Shown here: piece by piece, positions 23,150-35,905 of the stretch
How the letters are laid out: every line of letters starts with the position of its first letter
Position numbering within the stretch: position 1 is the stretch's first letter
Assembly: GCF_004010195.1 (NCBI RefSeq)
Contig: NC_057718.1
Span: 101,550,559-101,614,558, forward strand
Source of the DNA: Chiloscyllium plagiosum
Lineage: Eukaryota
Length of the DNA: 64,000 nt
Direction of reading: 5' to 3'
Made by a program: the position numbers and the translations under genes
The notes under the pieces: model-generated
Told to the model about the DNA's origin: nothing
What the model saw: the letters and a program-made list of their open reading frames with translations, nothing else
Database searches by the model: none

Positions 23150-23465
23150 CCATTCAGCCAGGTAACATTCTGGGGGAACTGAGCTCACATTGTACCAGGG
23201 CAGATAGTGGAATTGGAATTCAATAAAAAAAAATCTGGAATTAAGAATCTAATGGTGATCATGAATCCATTGCCGATTGTCGGCAAAATCCATCTGGTTC
23301 ACTAATGGCCTTTAGGGAAGGAAACGGCTATACTTACCTGATCTGGTTTACATGTGACTCCAGACCCACAGCAATGTAGTTGACTCTTAACTGCCTTCTG
23401 GGCAATTAGGGATGGGCAATAAATGCTGGCCCAGCCAGTGACACCCTCATCCTGTGAATGACTAG
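23150..23465 (+). mobile_element. SINE family B
   Basis: CATCTGGTTCACTAATG...GACTCCAGACCCACAGCAATG...GGGCAATTAGGGATGGGCAATAAATGCTGGCC; the tail matches LINE family B. Confidence 0.8.
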
Positions 23466-24899
23466 AAGAAAGTTAAGGTCTCCATGTTTATCACAGTTGC
23501 CTTGGTAATCAGTATGAGCTGAGATTTGAATCACACTTTGTGAAGTCGGAGAGCTTTTCTTCTTTGTGTGGAACCGCCTCCCAGAGTTCGGTGGCCCTCC
23601 CGTATACTTCAGAAATGTAAATACAGAGTTTAACCGTTATTCAACTAAACCACACAAATAATGAAAGCAAGCAGAACTCTGTCAGCAAGTCCTGACTCAG
23701 ATTACCTCAGAAGAGTTTCATAATGTTTCTGACATCGCTGGGGTCTGTTGGCGAGGCTCGTTTGCATTTGCCGTTTTACATCGAGACAGAACATCAAAAA
23801 GAATGGCAGAGGGAACTAGAAAAAAATAAGAAGAAGCTACAAAGAGCCCAAACACCGAAGTTAAAAAATGAGAACTGACCTCTTGGGATGACTGAAGAGA
23901 ATGACAACAGAGGGGTGAATGGAGATCTCAAAACTCAGTGAGCTCCAGGAAGAATAAAATCCTTTAGAAATGTCTTTTTCAGAGAAGTGTGACCTTTCAT
24001 ACAGGGCGCTGCAACACGCTAGTTGTAAAATAATGACATGCTTATCTTCCTGTGACTATCTGCAGTTTTATTGAACATACCATGGGCAGATTCTACTGTG
24101 TTTGCTGTCACCGGTTTCCTTTCTTCCTACTAAGATTGGCAAGGCGGGGGTGTTTTTAATGGAATTATTATTTTTAAATGCACACAGGCAATTGTGTCAA
24201 ACATCTAAAGAACACTTAGTGGGTTTAGTATCTGACAGTTGGAACATCTGTGGTAGACCATGAGAAAAGGACATTGTCTTTCAGAAATATTTCATATTTC
24301 ACAAGGCAATGGAGTCTCCATTTGTTTGCTGTACATTTCAAAAGGCTTTATTTGTTAGTGAGGGACATGCCACCTAATGCAGACACCTCCATGCTCTGAG
24401 GTTGTACTCAATCATAGACGTTTAGATGTCTTTTCACAGAGTCTCTATCAATAAGCAATATTACTTTACAAACAAACAGCGAGAAATGCTGTCTTGAAAC
24501 TTGAGCTAAAAGGAATCTAAATCCCACTTAATCCTCCCTGAAAAACCCCTATGGAGCGACCAACAACAGCAACTTGTGTTTATGTAGTTGCCCCAAGGCC
24601 ATGAAACATCAAGGCACTACACAGGAGCGCGGTGATGTGGAGCCACAAGGCGATATACATGGGAATGTATCAACATGGGGCAGAATTAGACCATTCAGCC
24701 CCTTTAGAGGGCTTTGCTATTTAATTAGATCTGATTGTAATCTCAGTGTTGCATTTCTGATGACTTCTGATAACTTTGTACCCTCTGGCTTACCAGGAAT
24801 ACCTACCTCCTCCTTGAAAGTATTCAGACTCAACTTTCACTGCCTCTTGAGGGAGAGGGTACAAAAAACAGGCATGACTCTCCTCATCACAGTCTTTAA

Positions 24900-25560
24900 T
24901 AGACCAAAACTTTGGTCCAGGAGGTAGGTTTAAAGGGGGAAAGGCCGTTGGTCAGGCAGAGCGACCTAGGGAAGGGTTTGCCAGAGGTGGAGGCTTCAGT
25001 AACCAAGGGCCGACGGAGGAACAATTAAAACTGGGGTGGCAGGAAAGGCCAGGATTCAGGGAATGCCGAGACCTTGGTGGGTCATAGGACTGGAGGAGAT
25101 TCCAGAGATTGGGAGGGGTAAAGAGGTGGCAGGGTTTGAAACCAAGGATTGGGGATTTAAAAATTAAGACATAGCTTCTAACTGCAAGTTAACAGTGGAA
25201 CAGAACTTGATGCGAATTGAGACATGAACAGCAGAGTTTGAAAGACCTCAAGGTAACAGAGGTTAGCATGCAGGAGGCCGGCTCTGTGAGCATTGGAATA
25301 AAAGCAAAATGCTCTGGGCACTGGAAATCAGAAATAGAAATAGAGAGTCCTGGAGAGACTGAATGAGCGTTTGGAGTCCAATATGACTCCTCTTCAGGAT
25401 GTGTGTCGGCATAGCCAAGTCTGGAGTGACTGACGATGATGGTTGCAACAACAGAGAAACTGAAGTCAGACAGCATTACACATGTGGAGATAGGCAGTGT
25501 TAATGATGGCACAAATTTCAGTAAAAACTCATTGTGGGGTCAAATTCAACAGCACCATCA
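24900..25560 (-). mobile_element. L2-type LINE fragment with an embedded degenerate H3-like piece (about 25300-25400)
   Basis: Purine-rich GGAGGAGATTCCAGAGATTGGGAGGGG; reverse-similar to the other L2 pieces. Confidence 0.45.
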
Positions 25561-25561
25561 C

Positions 25562-25665
25562 AGGAAGCAGAAACAGAAATTGCTGGAAAAGCTCAGCAGG
25601 TCTAGCAACTTCTGTTGAGAGAAATCAGAGTTAACATCCCGGGTCCAGAGAACCTTCCTTACAAC
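25562..25665 (-). mobile_element. Family H3 short repeat
   Basis: AAACAGAAATTGCTGGAAAAGCTCAGCAGG...GAGTTAACATCCCGGGTCC. Confidence 0.65.
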
Positions 25666-26032
25666 TGAGGAAGTCCATAACTGGAGGTCCAAGTTTGAAC
25701 TTGACGCTCACAGTAAATGCGAGTGAATTTCCCATTCAGAAACTCCGACTATTTATGACTGGATATTTTGGTGTACCAGTATTTGGACTGTATGTTATTG
25801 CTAATTTTCTGACAGGTGCTGGAAGCAATTTTCCATTTTCCTTTTCTTTTGCATTTGGCCTGGAAGAAATTAACCTGGATGCTTGGCAATATGTTAGTAT
25901 CAGAATAGAAAATGATGGGATCATAAATGGAACATGCTTATTGATCACCAGAGGGTTCACTGAGTACTTGGTGTGATGGAAGACTGAGAGTTACTTACAG
26001 TCACTTTTTCTGGATTGTTAAGCCTCAGATGT

Positions 26033-26051
26033 TGGGGGGGGGGGGGGGGGG
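26033..26051. repeat. Poly-G run
   Basis: Directly visible; length may be unreliable. Confidence 0.9.
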
Positions 26052-27855
26052 TGGGTAGGTAGGTGGTGTGGGAGCTGGTTTGATGGTTTCAGTACACCTT
26101 TTTGCATTTCTTCCTGTTTTGTCTGGACCTTTTTACTTAAGCACAGCTGTGCTGGCTATCCATCGAGATTCTGGCCCTGACCAAGTGGTTTGTTTAATGT
26201 AAGCAAGTTTAGACAGTATCATGCATCAAACATCTCCAAAGAGCTTTGACCTTACCTTTGGGGCAGATGGAGCCAGGCAGTTAGCATTCTGCTGAGGGAT
26301 TCAGTAAGATTAAACCAGACTGGGTTTAGGAGGACGGAGGCAGGGTTGTCATGAGGCTCAAATGGGTTCATTTCAATTAATTCCATTAATGTTTAATCAA
26401 ATAAAAGAACATTCCTGTTGTCGTTGAATACTCAGCTACTCTTTCTGTTGAATCTTTTGACTTGTACCCAGTTGAGATGCAATAAACGCTCACTATGATA
26501 AAATACAATTGACTATTACAGAGAATTTCGACAGAGTTGGAGATTGAGTTTTGTTGAGGCAATGATTGTCGGCAAATTAAATTTACAGCCAGGAAAAAAA
26601 ACCACGTTTGGAAGTTGGAAATGTGCTGGACACCATAAAAGGAATTGTACTACTTCTGCCGATGTGTTCACACCTTGCCCAAAGTGTTTTAAGAAGTGAG
26701 GCGATTACTTGTTTTCTGCTGTGATTCTCATGTGTTGGGCACTATTGGTTTGCAGAATGTGTAAGCATCCCCTTGTGAACTTGCTCTCTGGTTGTGTTTG
26801 TACGAGGAAATAAGCGGGAAAGGTTCAGTGTCAAACAAAACTGCATTTGGCGTGGAAAAGTAGCTGTCTGTTCTGGAGCAGATTGTCAGCCTGAAGGCCG
26901 AGGCAATGATGTGCGAGGTGTTATCGTTGGCAAATGCTGTGAATTTCTGATTGCTAATGAGTACAGAGGAGACCTTCAGCCTCTCTGGGAGATGAACTGC
27001 AGCGAGACTAACCCTGCTTTTGAACTTGGATGTGCTGAACCCAGCAATCGTAGCGCACAGTCGGTGACATTTCTTGTCAGGGCTCAGAGCTGCTGCCCTG
27101 TAGTCGGGGCTTTATCGGAGTTCAGAAATCAGAGCTCCCTGATTAGCAACCCTCAGCTGCTGCTTTGTGTTTCAACAAAAAAAATTCTAAATCAGTGATC
27201 GATCCAGCTGGGGTTTTGCCGCCCAAGTAGATGCTTTCAACTGATTATTACTCTCAGGAGTTTTTTCAGATGGATTGAACTGGTATCATAGATTTTCACA
27301 CAGTGCAGCTTCTGCCCTGCAATGGGTTTGCTTGTGCCCAATTCAGACTACATTAAGCAGCCCATTCGGAGCACCGACTCTCTGAGCAAATGTACGCAGA
27401 TTATTTTCGCCTGCCCTCCTATCAGGATTATTAACCTGAGTCATGCATGGAGTCCCAACCAGGTCCCAAGTTTACTTTGAACTGAGTTTTATTTGTCCCC
27501 AGCTAATGTTGATACAGTTTCTCATAAGGTTTCTGCTGAATCAATATTTGCCTCAGCTGCAAACCTGCAGTATAGAAAAGCTAGGATCCCAGTAGCCTCT
27601 GCTCTGGTTCAGAGTCCCCAGGAATTGTAAAAGTTGACAATTGCCCTTCAGATTCGAAAAGAAACAATTCCCCATTGTCAAATCAAGTTGAATGGGGACA
27701 TGCGGTTGGGTTCCCCTGGCAGAGACAGCAATGGTGCACAAACATTGTGCCCACTGGTATTTGTGCATCTTGTACATCTTCACAGGCAGCTGTATTCCTC
27801 CAAACACCAGGCCCTTGAGCTCTTGAATTCCTTCTCCAACCCTTTCTGCCCCTCT

Positions 27856-28049
27856 NNNNNNNNNNNNNNNNNNNNNNNNNNNNNNNNNNNNNNNNNNNNN
27901 NNNNNNNNNNNNNNNNNNNNNNNNNNNNNNNNNNNNNNNNNNNNNNNNNNNNNNNNNNNNNNNNNNNNNNNNNNNNNNNNNNNNNNNNNNNNNNNNNNNN
28001 NNNNNNNNNNNNNNNNNNNNNNNNNNNNNNNNNNNNNNNNNNNNNNNNN
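27856..28049. other. Assembly gap (194 N) beside CT-rich low-complexity sequence in a probable L2 fragment
   Basis: N run. Confidence 1.
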
Positions 28050-28689
28050 ACTCCCCCACCTCTCCCTCTCTCTCTCTCTCTCTTTCTCCCTCTCTTTTCA
28101 TTTAATACATTCCTTTGTACGTCTCCCTCATTAACCAAGTCTCTGGTCATCTGTTAGGCTACCTATTATTGACGTCAAATTTGAGACTGATGGCCTCTCC
28201 ATGGATGAGGTTTTTTTTACTGTATTAAAGGCACCACCCAAACGCAAGTTGTTGTTAAAACAAAGTCAGCAGATTTGCGAGGGATTTAGGTGTTTTGGTG
28301 TATGAGTCACAATAAAGTTAGAACACAGGTACAGCATGACCTTCAGAAGGCGAGTGAGATGTTACCCTTTGTTACAAGAGCACTTGAACATGATACAGTA
28401 CAGCAACCTATGTTTTAACCGGCATCTTAATCAACCAGTACAGGTGTATACAGTACCTGAATATGTGCCAAAGTACAACAGAGATGTGTATATCACTTGC
28501 ATTTCATTTCATTTACTTAGCGTGTGTGTTTTACATTGATTTTAGGAGGTGTGTCCATGTTGTTACATAAATCTTTTGAGAGATAGTGATGTCTGTTAGC
28601 TTCGCTTGGTCAGGGATCACCTCTCGATTACTCAGAATATTTGATCAACCAGCAGAGTGCTGGTCCCATAGGTGCCAGTTATTAAAAAA

Positions 28690-29565
28690 AAATGCTTAAA
28701 GGATGTTATGTTTCAATTGAAGAAAATTGATGAGACTACATCTTCTATATTGTATTCAGGTTTTATTCTCCTTATTTAACTGAGGATGTAAATGCTTTGC
28801 AGGCGGTCAGAGGAGGTTTACTAAGTTGGGATGGGTGACCGTTTGTTTATTAATTCACTGGGTGAGGGCATCACTGGCTAGGCAAGCATTTATTGCTCAT
28901 CCCTAATTGCCCAGAGGGACGTTAAGAGTCAACCACATTGCAATGGGTCTGGAGTCACATGTAGGCCAGACCAGGTAAAAGACAGCAATGAATCAGATGG
29001 GTTTTTCTGACAATAGGTTCACAGTCATCATTAGATTCTTAATTCCAGATTTATTTTCTTTTATTATGGAATTCAAATTCCACCATCTGCCATGGCGGGA
29101 TTCGAACCTGGGTCCCCGGAGCATTGCCTGAATGCTCAATGAAAGCATTGGACAGAATGGGTTTGATTTCACTGGGGTTTAGGAGAGTCAGGGTTAACGT
29201 GATGGAAGTGGGTATGTCCCTGAATGGTCTTGACAAGGTGGACGTGTAAAGGATGTTTCCTGTTGTGGATGTAAGAGACATTGATTTAAAATTCGAGATC
29301 GCTCTCTCTCAAGACAGACATAAGGAGAATCTTTTTGCTGTTGAGGGTTGTGTGACTTCGGAATTCTCTGCCTCAGAAAGCAGTGAAAATGAGATCATTG
29401 AATAATCCTAAGGTAAAGCTAGATAGATTCTTGTTAGACGGAGGGTCAAAGGTTCTCAAAGGGGGATGGGAATGTGGAATCTGAAGTATAACCAGATCAG
29501 CCATGATCTTACTGAATGACAGAGCAGGCTTGAGGGGCCGAATGGTCTACTTCTTATGTTTGCAT
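28690..29565 (+). mobile_element. CR1-type 3' fragment interrupted by SINE family B (about 28845-29130, minus strand)
   Basis: CR1 motifs on both sides; SINE B core TCTGGAGTCACATGTAGGCCAGACC and reverse B box GGATTCGAACC. Confidence 0.75.
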
Positions 29566-29594
29566 GACAGATGGAAAGAGCAGTAAACAAAACC

Positions 29595-31025
29595 TACAAT
29601 ATCTTAGGCTTTATTAATAAGGTTACAGAGTACAGGAGCAGGGAGGTCTTTCAGAACCTGTGTAAGACACTGGTTAGACCTCAGCTGGAGTATTGTATCC
29701 AGTTCGGGCACCACACTATGGGAAGAATGTGAACACATTGGAGAGAGTGCAGAAGCTGTTTAGACCACAAGACATAGGAGCAGAAATTAGGCCATTCAGC
29801 CCATCGATTCTGCTCCGCCATTCAATCATGGCTGAAGTTGAGAGAGTGGTGCTGGAAAAGCACAGCTGGTCAGGCAGCATTCAAAGAGCAGGAGAATTGA
29901 CATTTTGGAGATAAGCCCTTCATCAGGAATGATACATTTCTCAACTCCATTCTCCCCTTTCTCCCTGTAACCCTTCATCCCTTGGACAGTCTAGAACTTA
30001 TCTATCTCAGTCTTCAATAAACACAATGACCTGGCCTCCACAGCCTTCTCTGGCAATGAATTCCATAGATTCCATAGATTATTTGCGAGAATAGGTCCAG
30101 GGATGAGAAACTTCATTCACGAGGATAGATCATAAGAGTATTAAAGCACAGGAGTAGGCGGTCTGGCCCATCGAGCCTCCACCACTCAATAAGATCATGG
30201 CTGATCTTTTCATGGCCTCAGCTCCACTTACCCGCCCTCTCACCATAGCCCTTCATTCCTTTACTGTTCAAAAATCCATTTATTTTTGCCTTAGAAACAT
30301 TCAATGAGGTCGCCTCAACTGCTTCCCTGGGCAGGGAATTCCACAGATTCACAACCCTTTGGGTGAAGAAGTTCCTCCTCAGCTCAGCCCGAAATGGACT
30401 CCTCCTTATTTTGAGGCTGTGCCTCCTGGTTTTTATATTGGAGAATGTGGGGCTGTTCCCCCTGGGGGAATAGAATGTTTAGAGAAGAATTGATGGAAGT
30501 TTTCAAAATCATAAGGAGTCTGGACATAATGGATCAGGAGAAACAGTTCTCACTTGTAAAAGAATCCAGAAGAGTCGGACATTAAAGGAGGAAATACAGA
30601 GTGAGAAAGAAAAGTAATGAACATGACGAACAGCTTGGGTCTGGAATGCACTTGAGGTATGGTGGAGGTAGGCTCAACTGTGTCAAAAAGTGTGGTGCTG
30701 GAAAAGCACAACAGGTCAGGCAGCATCTGAGGAGCAGGAAAATCAATGTTTTGAGCATAAGCTCTTCATCAGGAATGCTCGAAACGTCGGTTCTCCTGCT
30801 CCTCGGATGCTGCCTGACCAGTTGTGCTTTTCCAGCACCACTCTTTTCGGTCCTGACTCTCCAGCATCTGCAGTTCTCACTTCCTCCGAGTAGGTTCAAC
30901 TAAGGCTTTCGAGAGGGCATTAAATGATTATTTAACTAGAACAAAGGGTGGGAAAAGTCATGATGCTTGTTCGGAGAGCGGGAGCAGACACGATGGGCTG
31001 AATGGTCTCAATCTGCACTGTGACA
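29595..31025 (+). mobile_element. CR1-type fragment hosting nested insertions: two reverse CR1 3' ends (about 29760-30080 and 30130-30430) and two H1 elements (29836-29930, 30680-30889)
   Basis: Outer CR1 pieces (LVRPQLEY, LERVQK, ATGAGAAACTTC, TGGAATGCACT, final tail) stay collinear across the inserts. Confidence 0.7.
30680..30889. mobile_element. Family H1 fold-back element with a 12-bp target-site duplication (1 mismatch)
   Basis: GTAGGCTCAACT (30668-30679) / GTAGGTTCAACT (30890-30901); inverted arms GTGGTGCTGGAAAAGCACAAC / GTTGTGCTTTTCCAGCACCAC. Confidence 0.85.
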
Positions 31026-31569
31026 CCTCGCTGATTCTGAATAGAGCGGATTGACCTCTGGGGCTCCTAATTCTAAATGTCATCACCTCAAACCTCTGAC
31101 ATCGCTGTGACTCTGACTCCAGGTGGTTGGGATTCCTGACCAATCTGACGGGTCACCCCCAGGCCTTTCCTGAATTTGGGGGCCAGATTGTTTGAAGAGA
31201 CAGCAGTGTGTCGTAACAGCTTGTTAAGATTGGATCAGGGAACTGTAGCTGTGCTGATTCATCTTCAAATGTTGCTGCTTTATTTTATCTCTCCTTTCCA
31301 ACTCTGAGAGCTGCCCACTAGAGGCAGGCTGTGTCCGCCTGTCTCACCAAAGAGGGCATTTTTAGAGTTAAGCACAAGATTGGCTTGCAACCCTTCCTAC
31401 AGGCTTATATTTACACCCCTCTTTAAACCGGCCCCTCAGTGTTCACACAATTTGATCTATTTCACATGACAGTAGGAGATGCTGAGTGCACTGGATGCAG
31501 TAAAAAGCTATAGTGTTGAGGATGTGTACTTCTGAATTAGCCAATACCTCTCCACATTGTTTCAGGAAG

Positions 31570-32215
31570 GCTACAAAACATGGACAACAAGTCCCATCGA
31601 CAAAAGACAGAACAAGTCCAAACCAGCCAGCCACCTCATCAATCCAGTCACTGTGGCTCCAAGAGCAGGTCAGAGCCTGCGACCGAGTAACTCACCGCCT
31701 GACTCCCCAAAGCCTGTCCATAAGGCGCAAGTCTGGAGTGTGATGGAATACTCCTGGATGGGTGCAGCTCAAAGAAGACTCAGAAAACTCAACACCACCC
31801 AGAACAAAGCAGCCCACTTGACCGGCACCACATCCACAAGCAATGACTTCATTGAACACCAATAGTCAGTAGCAGCAGTGTGCCCCATCCACAGGCTACA
31901 CCGAAGCAACTCACCGAGGCTCCAAAGTAGGTCGTACCAACCCCCTGACCTTGAAAATCAGATGGACAAGGGTAGGAGACACATGGAAATGCCACTCCAT
32001 CCAAGTTCCCTTCAAAGGGGCACGCCATCTTGATCAGGGTCTGTATCAACATTCATTGAGTGTCGCCAGGACAGAATCCTGAAACTCCCTCCCTAACAGC
32101 ACTATGGGTCTACCTACACCAGATGCACCGTCATGGTTCAAGAGAGCAGCTCACCACCATTTTCTGAATGCACAATAACTACTAACCTCGCCAACAGTGT
32201 CAACATTGGCAGAAT
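31570..32215 (+). mobile_element. LINE family B 3' fragment
   Basis: KAQVWSVMEYS...KLNTTQNKAAHL motif; GGTTCAAGAGAGCAGCTCACCACC tail. Confidence 0.75.
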
Positions 32216-32515
32216 GTTGAAAAAGTTATTTTTTGCTTGAAGTAGTCAGTCATTCAATGTTTTAGAATGGAGATTGCTTTGATGATGACCATTGAACGTT
32301 AGGAATGGATTAATCCGTAGCTGATACCAAACTTTGCACTTTCCATAGCGCTGAGTCAGTGGTATTTTGTGAGCTGTAACTTCCATAGCGGCTGGGGAAG
32401 AGCGAGGACGGAACCTGGGCCCCCAGTCATTACATGCATTTATTTATGTCGAGATTAATGCACTGAAATATGCAGTTCAGCTTTGCTGTCCATTTTGGTG
32501 TATATGCTCCACATA

Positions 32516-32865
32516 GGGTGACATGGTGGCTCTGTGGTGAGCACCGCTGCCTCCCAGCGCCAGGAACCCGGGTTCGTTTCCACCCTGGGTGACTGTCTGT
32601 GTGGAGCTTGCACATTCTCCCTGTGTCTGTGTGGGTTTCCTCCGGATGCTCCAGTTTTCTCCCACAATCCAAAGATGTGCAGACTAGGTGAATTGGCCAT
32701 TCTAAATTGCCCATAGTATTCATAATGTGTAGGTCTGGTACATTAGTCAGGGGTAAATGTAGAGTAATAGGGTAGGGGAATGAGTCTGGGTGGGTTACTC
32801 TTTGGAGGGCAGGTGTGAACCTGTTGGGCCTGATGGCCTGTTTCCTCATTGTAGGGATTCTATGA
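32516..32865 (+). mobile_element. HE1-type SINE, full length
   Basis: Head, core and tail. Confidence 0.9.
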
Positions 32866-35224
32866 TAGCCCTGTATTCCCCACTCATTCGTCCATCACCC
32901 TGTCAACCCAGACATCTGATCCTTTCTCCCTTCCAGATGGAGTTGAGAAGCTAAATGCCATTCACCTCAACCACTCCCATGTAATAGCACCATCCTGGGA
33001 ACACAAGTAGGCCATTCAGCCCCTCGAGGCTGTTCTGCTATGCTTGTGTTGCTGTTCTTTCTTCACTGGCTCCACCCACAGTACCCTGCTCACCCAGAAC
33101 TGCCTCCCCAAATCTCTTCTACACCATCCATTGTGACACCACATTGCAGCAGATGGAGGGAGTGACTCACTGTCTTGCCTTCCAATTGGATCTGTCGCTG
33201 TTTCTCAGACAAATGCCTCCAACACCAGAAGAGAAACATATGTTTGGAGGCTGTGTGTAAGAAGCCCCTCCAAGCACAGCTTTAACATGGCAGCATGCCG
33301 TGTGTTAATGTGATACGGTTCAATGAGTGTCTCAGTAAGTGAGCGAGAGGTGGTGAGCAGATTGAATAAAAGGAATAAAATGGCACTAGCCATGAAGATA
33401 GATAGGTTTTGGATTCTGTCAACCTTTTGTCATTATTTTTATTAGTTCACAAAGTATTTACAAAGTATTCGCAACGAAATATGAGAGGTCGTTCGGCTCA
33501 ACTGGTCTGTGTTGACATTTATATTGCACCCAATTCTGCTTTGTCCCAATCTCACTTCACCCATCAACATGTTGTTCTGTTCTGTTCCATGCGGTGTTGT
33601 TCTGTTGATACAGCGTCTGAGTGTGTGGTGCTGGCAAGTACAGTTGGAGCTTTCCAACGGCAGTTGCAAGTGAAACCAAAGAAAAGAGAATGCAGAGCTA
33701 TAGGGTAAGTGTGAGACTAGTTGAACTACTTTTTCAGGGAGAGACAAGACAGACAGAATGGCCTCCCTGTGTGCTGTAACAACTGACCATTCTGTGTTGA
33801 TCTAAGTTCCCCTTCATGAACATCTATCCAATCACTCTCTGTGGTAGCAAGTTCCACATTCTCGCTGCTCTTTGGGCAAAGACATTTCTCCTGAGTTCCT
33901 TTCTGGATTCAGTTGTGATTAACTAGCATGGATGGATCCTTGAGCTGGCCTTAGCTGGAACTGTATCCATCCTCCCTATGTGCCTTCTTCAGTTTGACTT
34001 CAGGGGCTACGGCTCTGTGGCCTGTTCTTTTCGTCCGGATGCACCCTGCGACGGTGAGAGTTTCGGGAGCAGGACCTTGACCTCCGAGAGTCCACTTAAC
34101 ATTCCTGTCAGCTGGTCTGCCCTGCAGCAACATCACCTCTGAACGTCGCTCCGGTGAAAGAGCTGTTTGCTTGTCCTGAGGCTCTGCATATGTGCTGGGT
34201 CAAAGTGGAACAGCTGGAGATCAGAACAGTTCCACTCTGTCCTTGAGGCTGTGGAGAGACTTGTGGAGGGAGAGGAGGGCTCCCAGATAGGAATTACAGG
34301 AGGAAGACCTTCCCGCTGTGGTTAAATTCACCACAACATTTCCTGCAGTTCAACCAGAGGCTGTAAAACATTGCCTTATTTTGTGGTGTAACTTTTTCTT
34401 TCCTAAATAAAGCCTGGACTCATCAGCAAAGGTGACCACGTGATATCACACCATCAGGAAGTGACCAGAACATAAAGGGCCACCTATCAGACAGTAAAGG
34501 GTGGTCCAGTGATTGAGGGAGTAGCTCAGTCAAGCGACCGGCTTTCTCTATTGAGACTTTGCGATGCGTTTTAATGTGGGCAAGGATTCCCACTTCCCAA
34601 ATTTGGGATCACGACCCTCAGAGCATTTGGCAGAGGGGGGTGCACGAGCTCTGAGCTGGAGCTCCTACCACGTTAACTGCTGCGTGGCCCCTTTGTTTGT
34701 TTTTAGAGAGTCAGCGTGGTCTAATTGATCAATCCTTGAGGCCTGATTGCTGTCTGGCAAAAGCCAGTTGGAGAGGAGCTACTTTAAGTTAAAAACAAAA
34801 CACTCTGTGGACTAAACAACACCCCAACCCTGATGCTCACTCCCAGCTCTGTTATCACAGATCGCTCAGCCCCTTCCCCCCACTTTCAACACAAAATGGG
34901 GTCATGATGGAAATGGTTGGAAAGGACTCATGGGTCCTTACAGATTCACAAGGGTTTTGCACACTAACAACTCCATAGGGACTAGTGTAGTGTTTATACG
35001 ATGTATAAATGAGCGGCGATTCTCAGGTGCTGTCTGTGCATCAGCCTTTGCTGACATAATTCAACATTCTCATTCATCAGTTCCAAAGTTTTCACTTTGG
35101 AAATCCGTTCTGGGAGTCCTCAGCCCTTGGAATCCACAACAAAGAAGGGAAGTAGTGAGAGAACCATGTGTTCTTGCTCAACAGAGGCAAGTGTAGAATG
35201 GAAATGATTACCTGACTCAGGGGA

Positions 35225-35510
35225 AGCAGTGGACAATGTCACAGGGCAGGTAATCTAGAATTCCAGGCTAAAACACTGCAGTCGTAAGATTCAATAGCTG
35301 ATGGTGAGATATGAATTAAATAAAATTCGAATTAAGAAAAGTCATGGCAACTATTGTCAATTTCTGTAAAACCCCATCTGGTTCATTAAAGTCCTTGAGG
35401 GAAAGGAATCTGTCTGGCCTACACATGACTCCAGACCCACAGTATGTGGTTGACTCTTAATTGCCCTTGGGATGAAGCAATAAATTCATTCTTCCCATGA
35501 ATGAATAAAA
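35225..35510 (+). mobile_element. SINE family B
   Basis: CCCATCTGGTTCA...GACTCCAGACCCACAG...CCCATGAATGAATAAAA. Confidence 0.75.
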
Positions 35511-35547
35511 GCAAAAGTTAGATGAGTTGTTTGGATGGTCAATTTGA

Positions 35548-35732
35548 GATTTTTTTATTTCAAAATATACTTTATTCTTAAAAAAAAATACATACTTACT
35601 GAAGCAGTTTGGTTCTGTACAACAGCATAAGAAGAAAAAAAAACAAAGCAAACATTGGAGTTGGACTGTATCCAACAAACAAACCAAAGGCTTCCCTTCC
35701 TTGTGTACGCTTACATTTACATATGTTTGAGG
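35548..35732 (-). mobile_element. Probable poly(A)-tailed LINE (L1/Tx1-like) 3' end
   Basis: Reverse strand ends AATAAAGTATATTTTGAAATAAAAAAA after a T-rich UTR. Confidence 0.4.
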
Positions 35733-35734
35733 TC

Positions 35735-35905
35735 CAGCTGGTTTGAGACACAGAATGATACTATCATCATGGGTTCGATTCCCACACTGGCTGAGATTAC
35801 CATGAAGGACTCTCCTGTTCCCCTCGCCTGAGATGTGGTCACCATCAGATTAAACCCGCCACCAGTCATCTCTCCAATGAGACAGTGGGATTATGACTAC
35901 CTTGC
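35735..35905 (+). mobile_element. SINE family C
   Basis: B box GGTTCGATTCC, then GGCTGAGATTACC...TAAACCCGCCACCAGTC. Confidence 0.7.

Noticed and set aside
25695..25976. 93-aa ORF with a TTTTCTGACAG acceptor-like site
   Set aside because: No recognisable protein and no clear matching donor.
27553..28150. ORFs of 155-182 aa
   Set aside because: They are artefacts of translating through the N gap.
34420..34500. E-box (CACGTG), ETS-like (CAGGAAGTG) and CATAAA cluster as a promoter
   Set aside because: Short motifs are expected by chance; there is no CpG island or linked exon.
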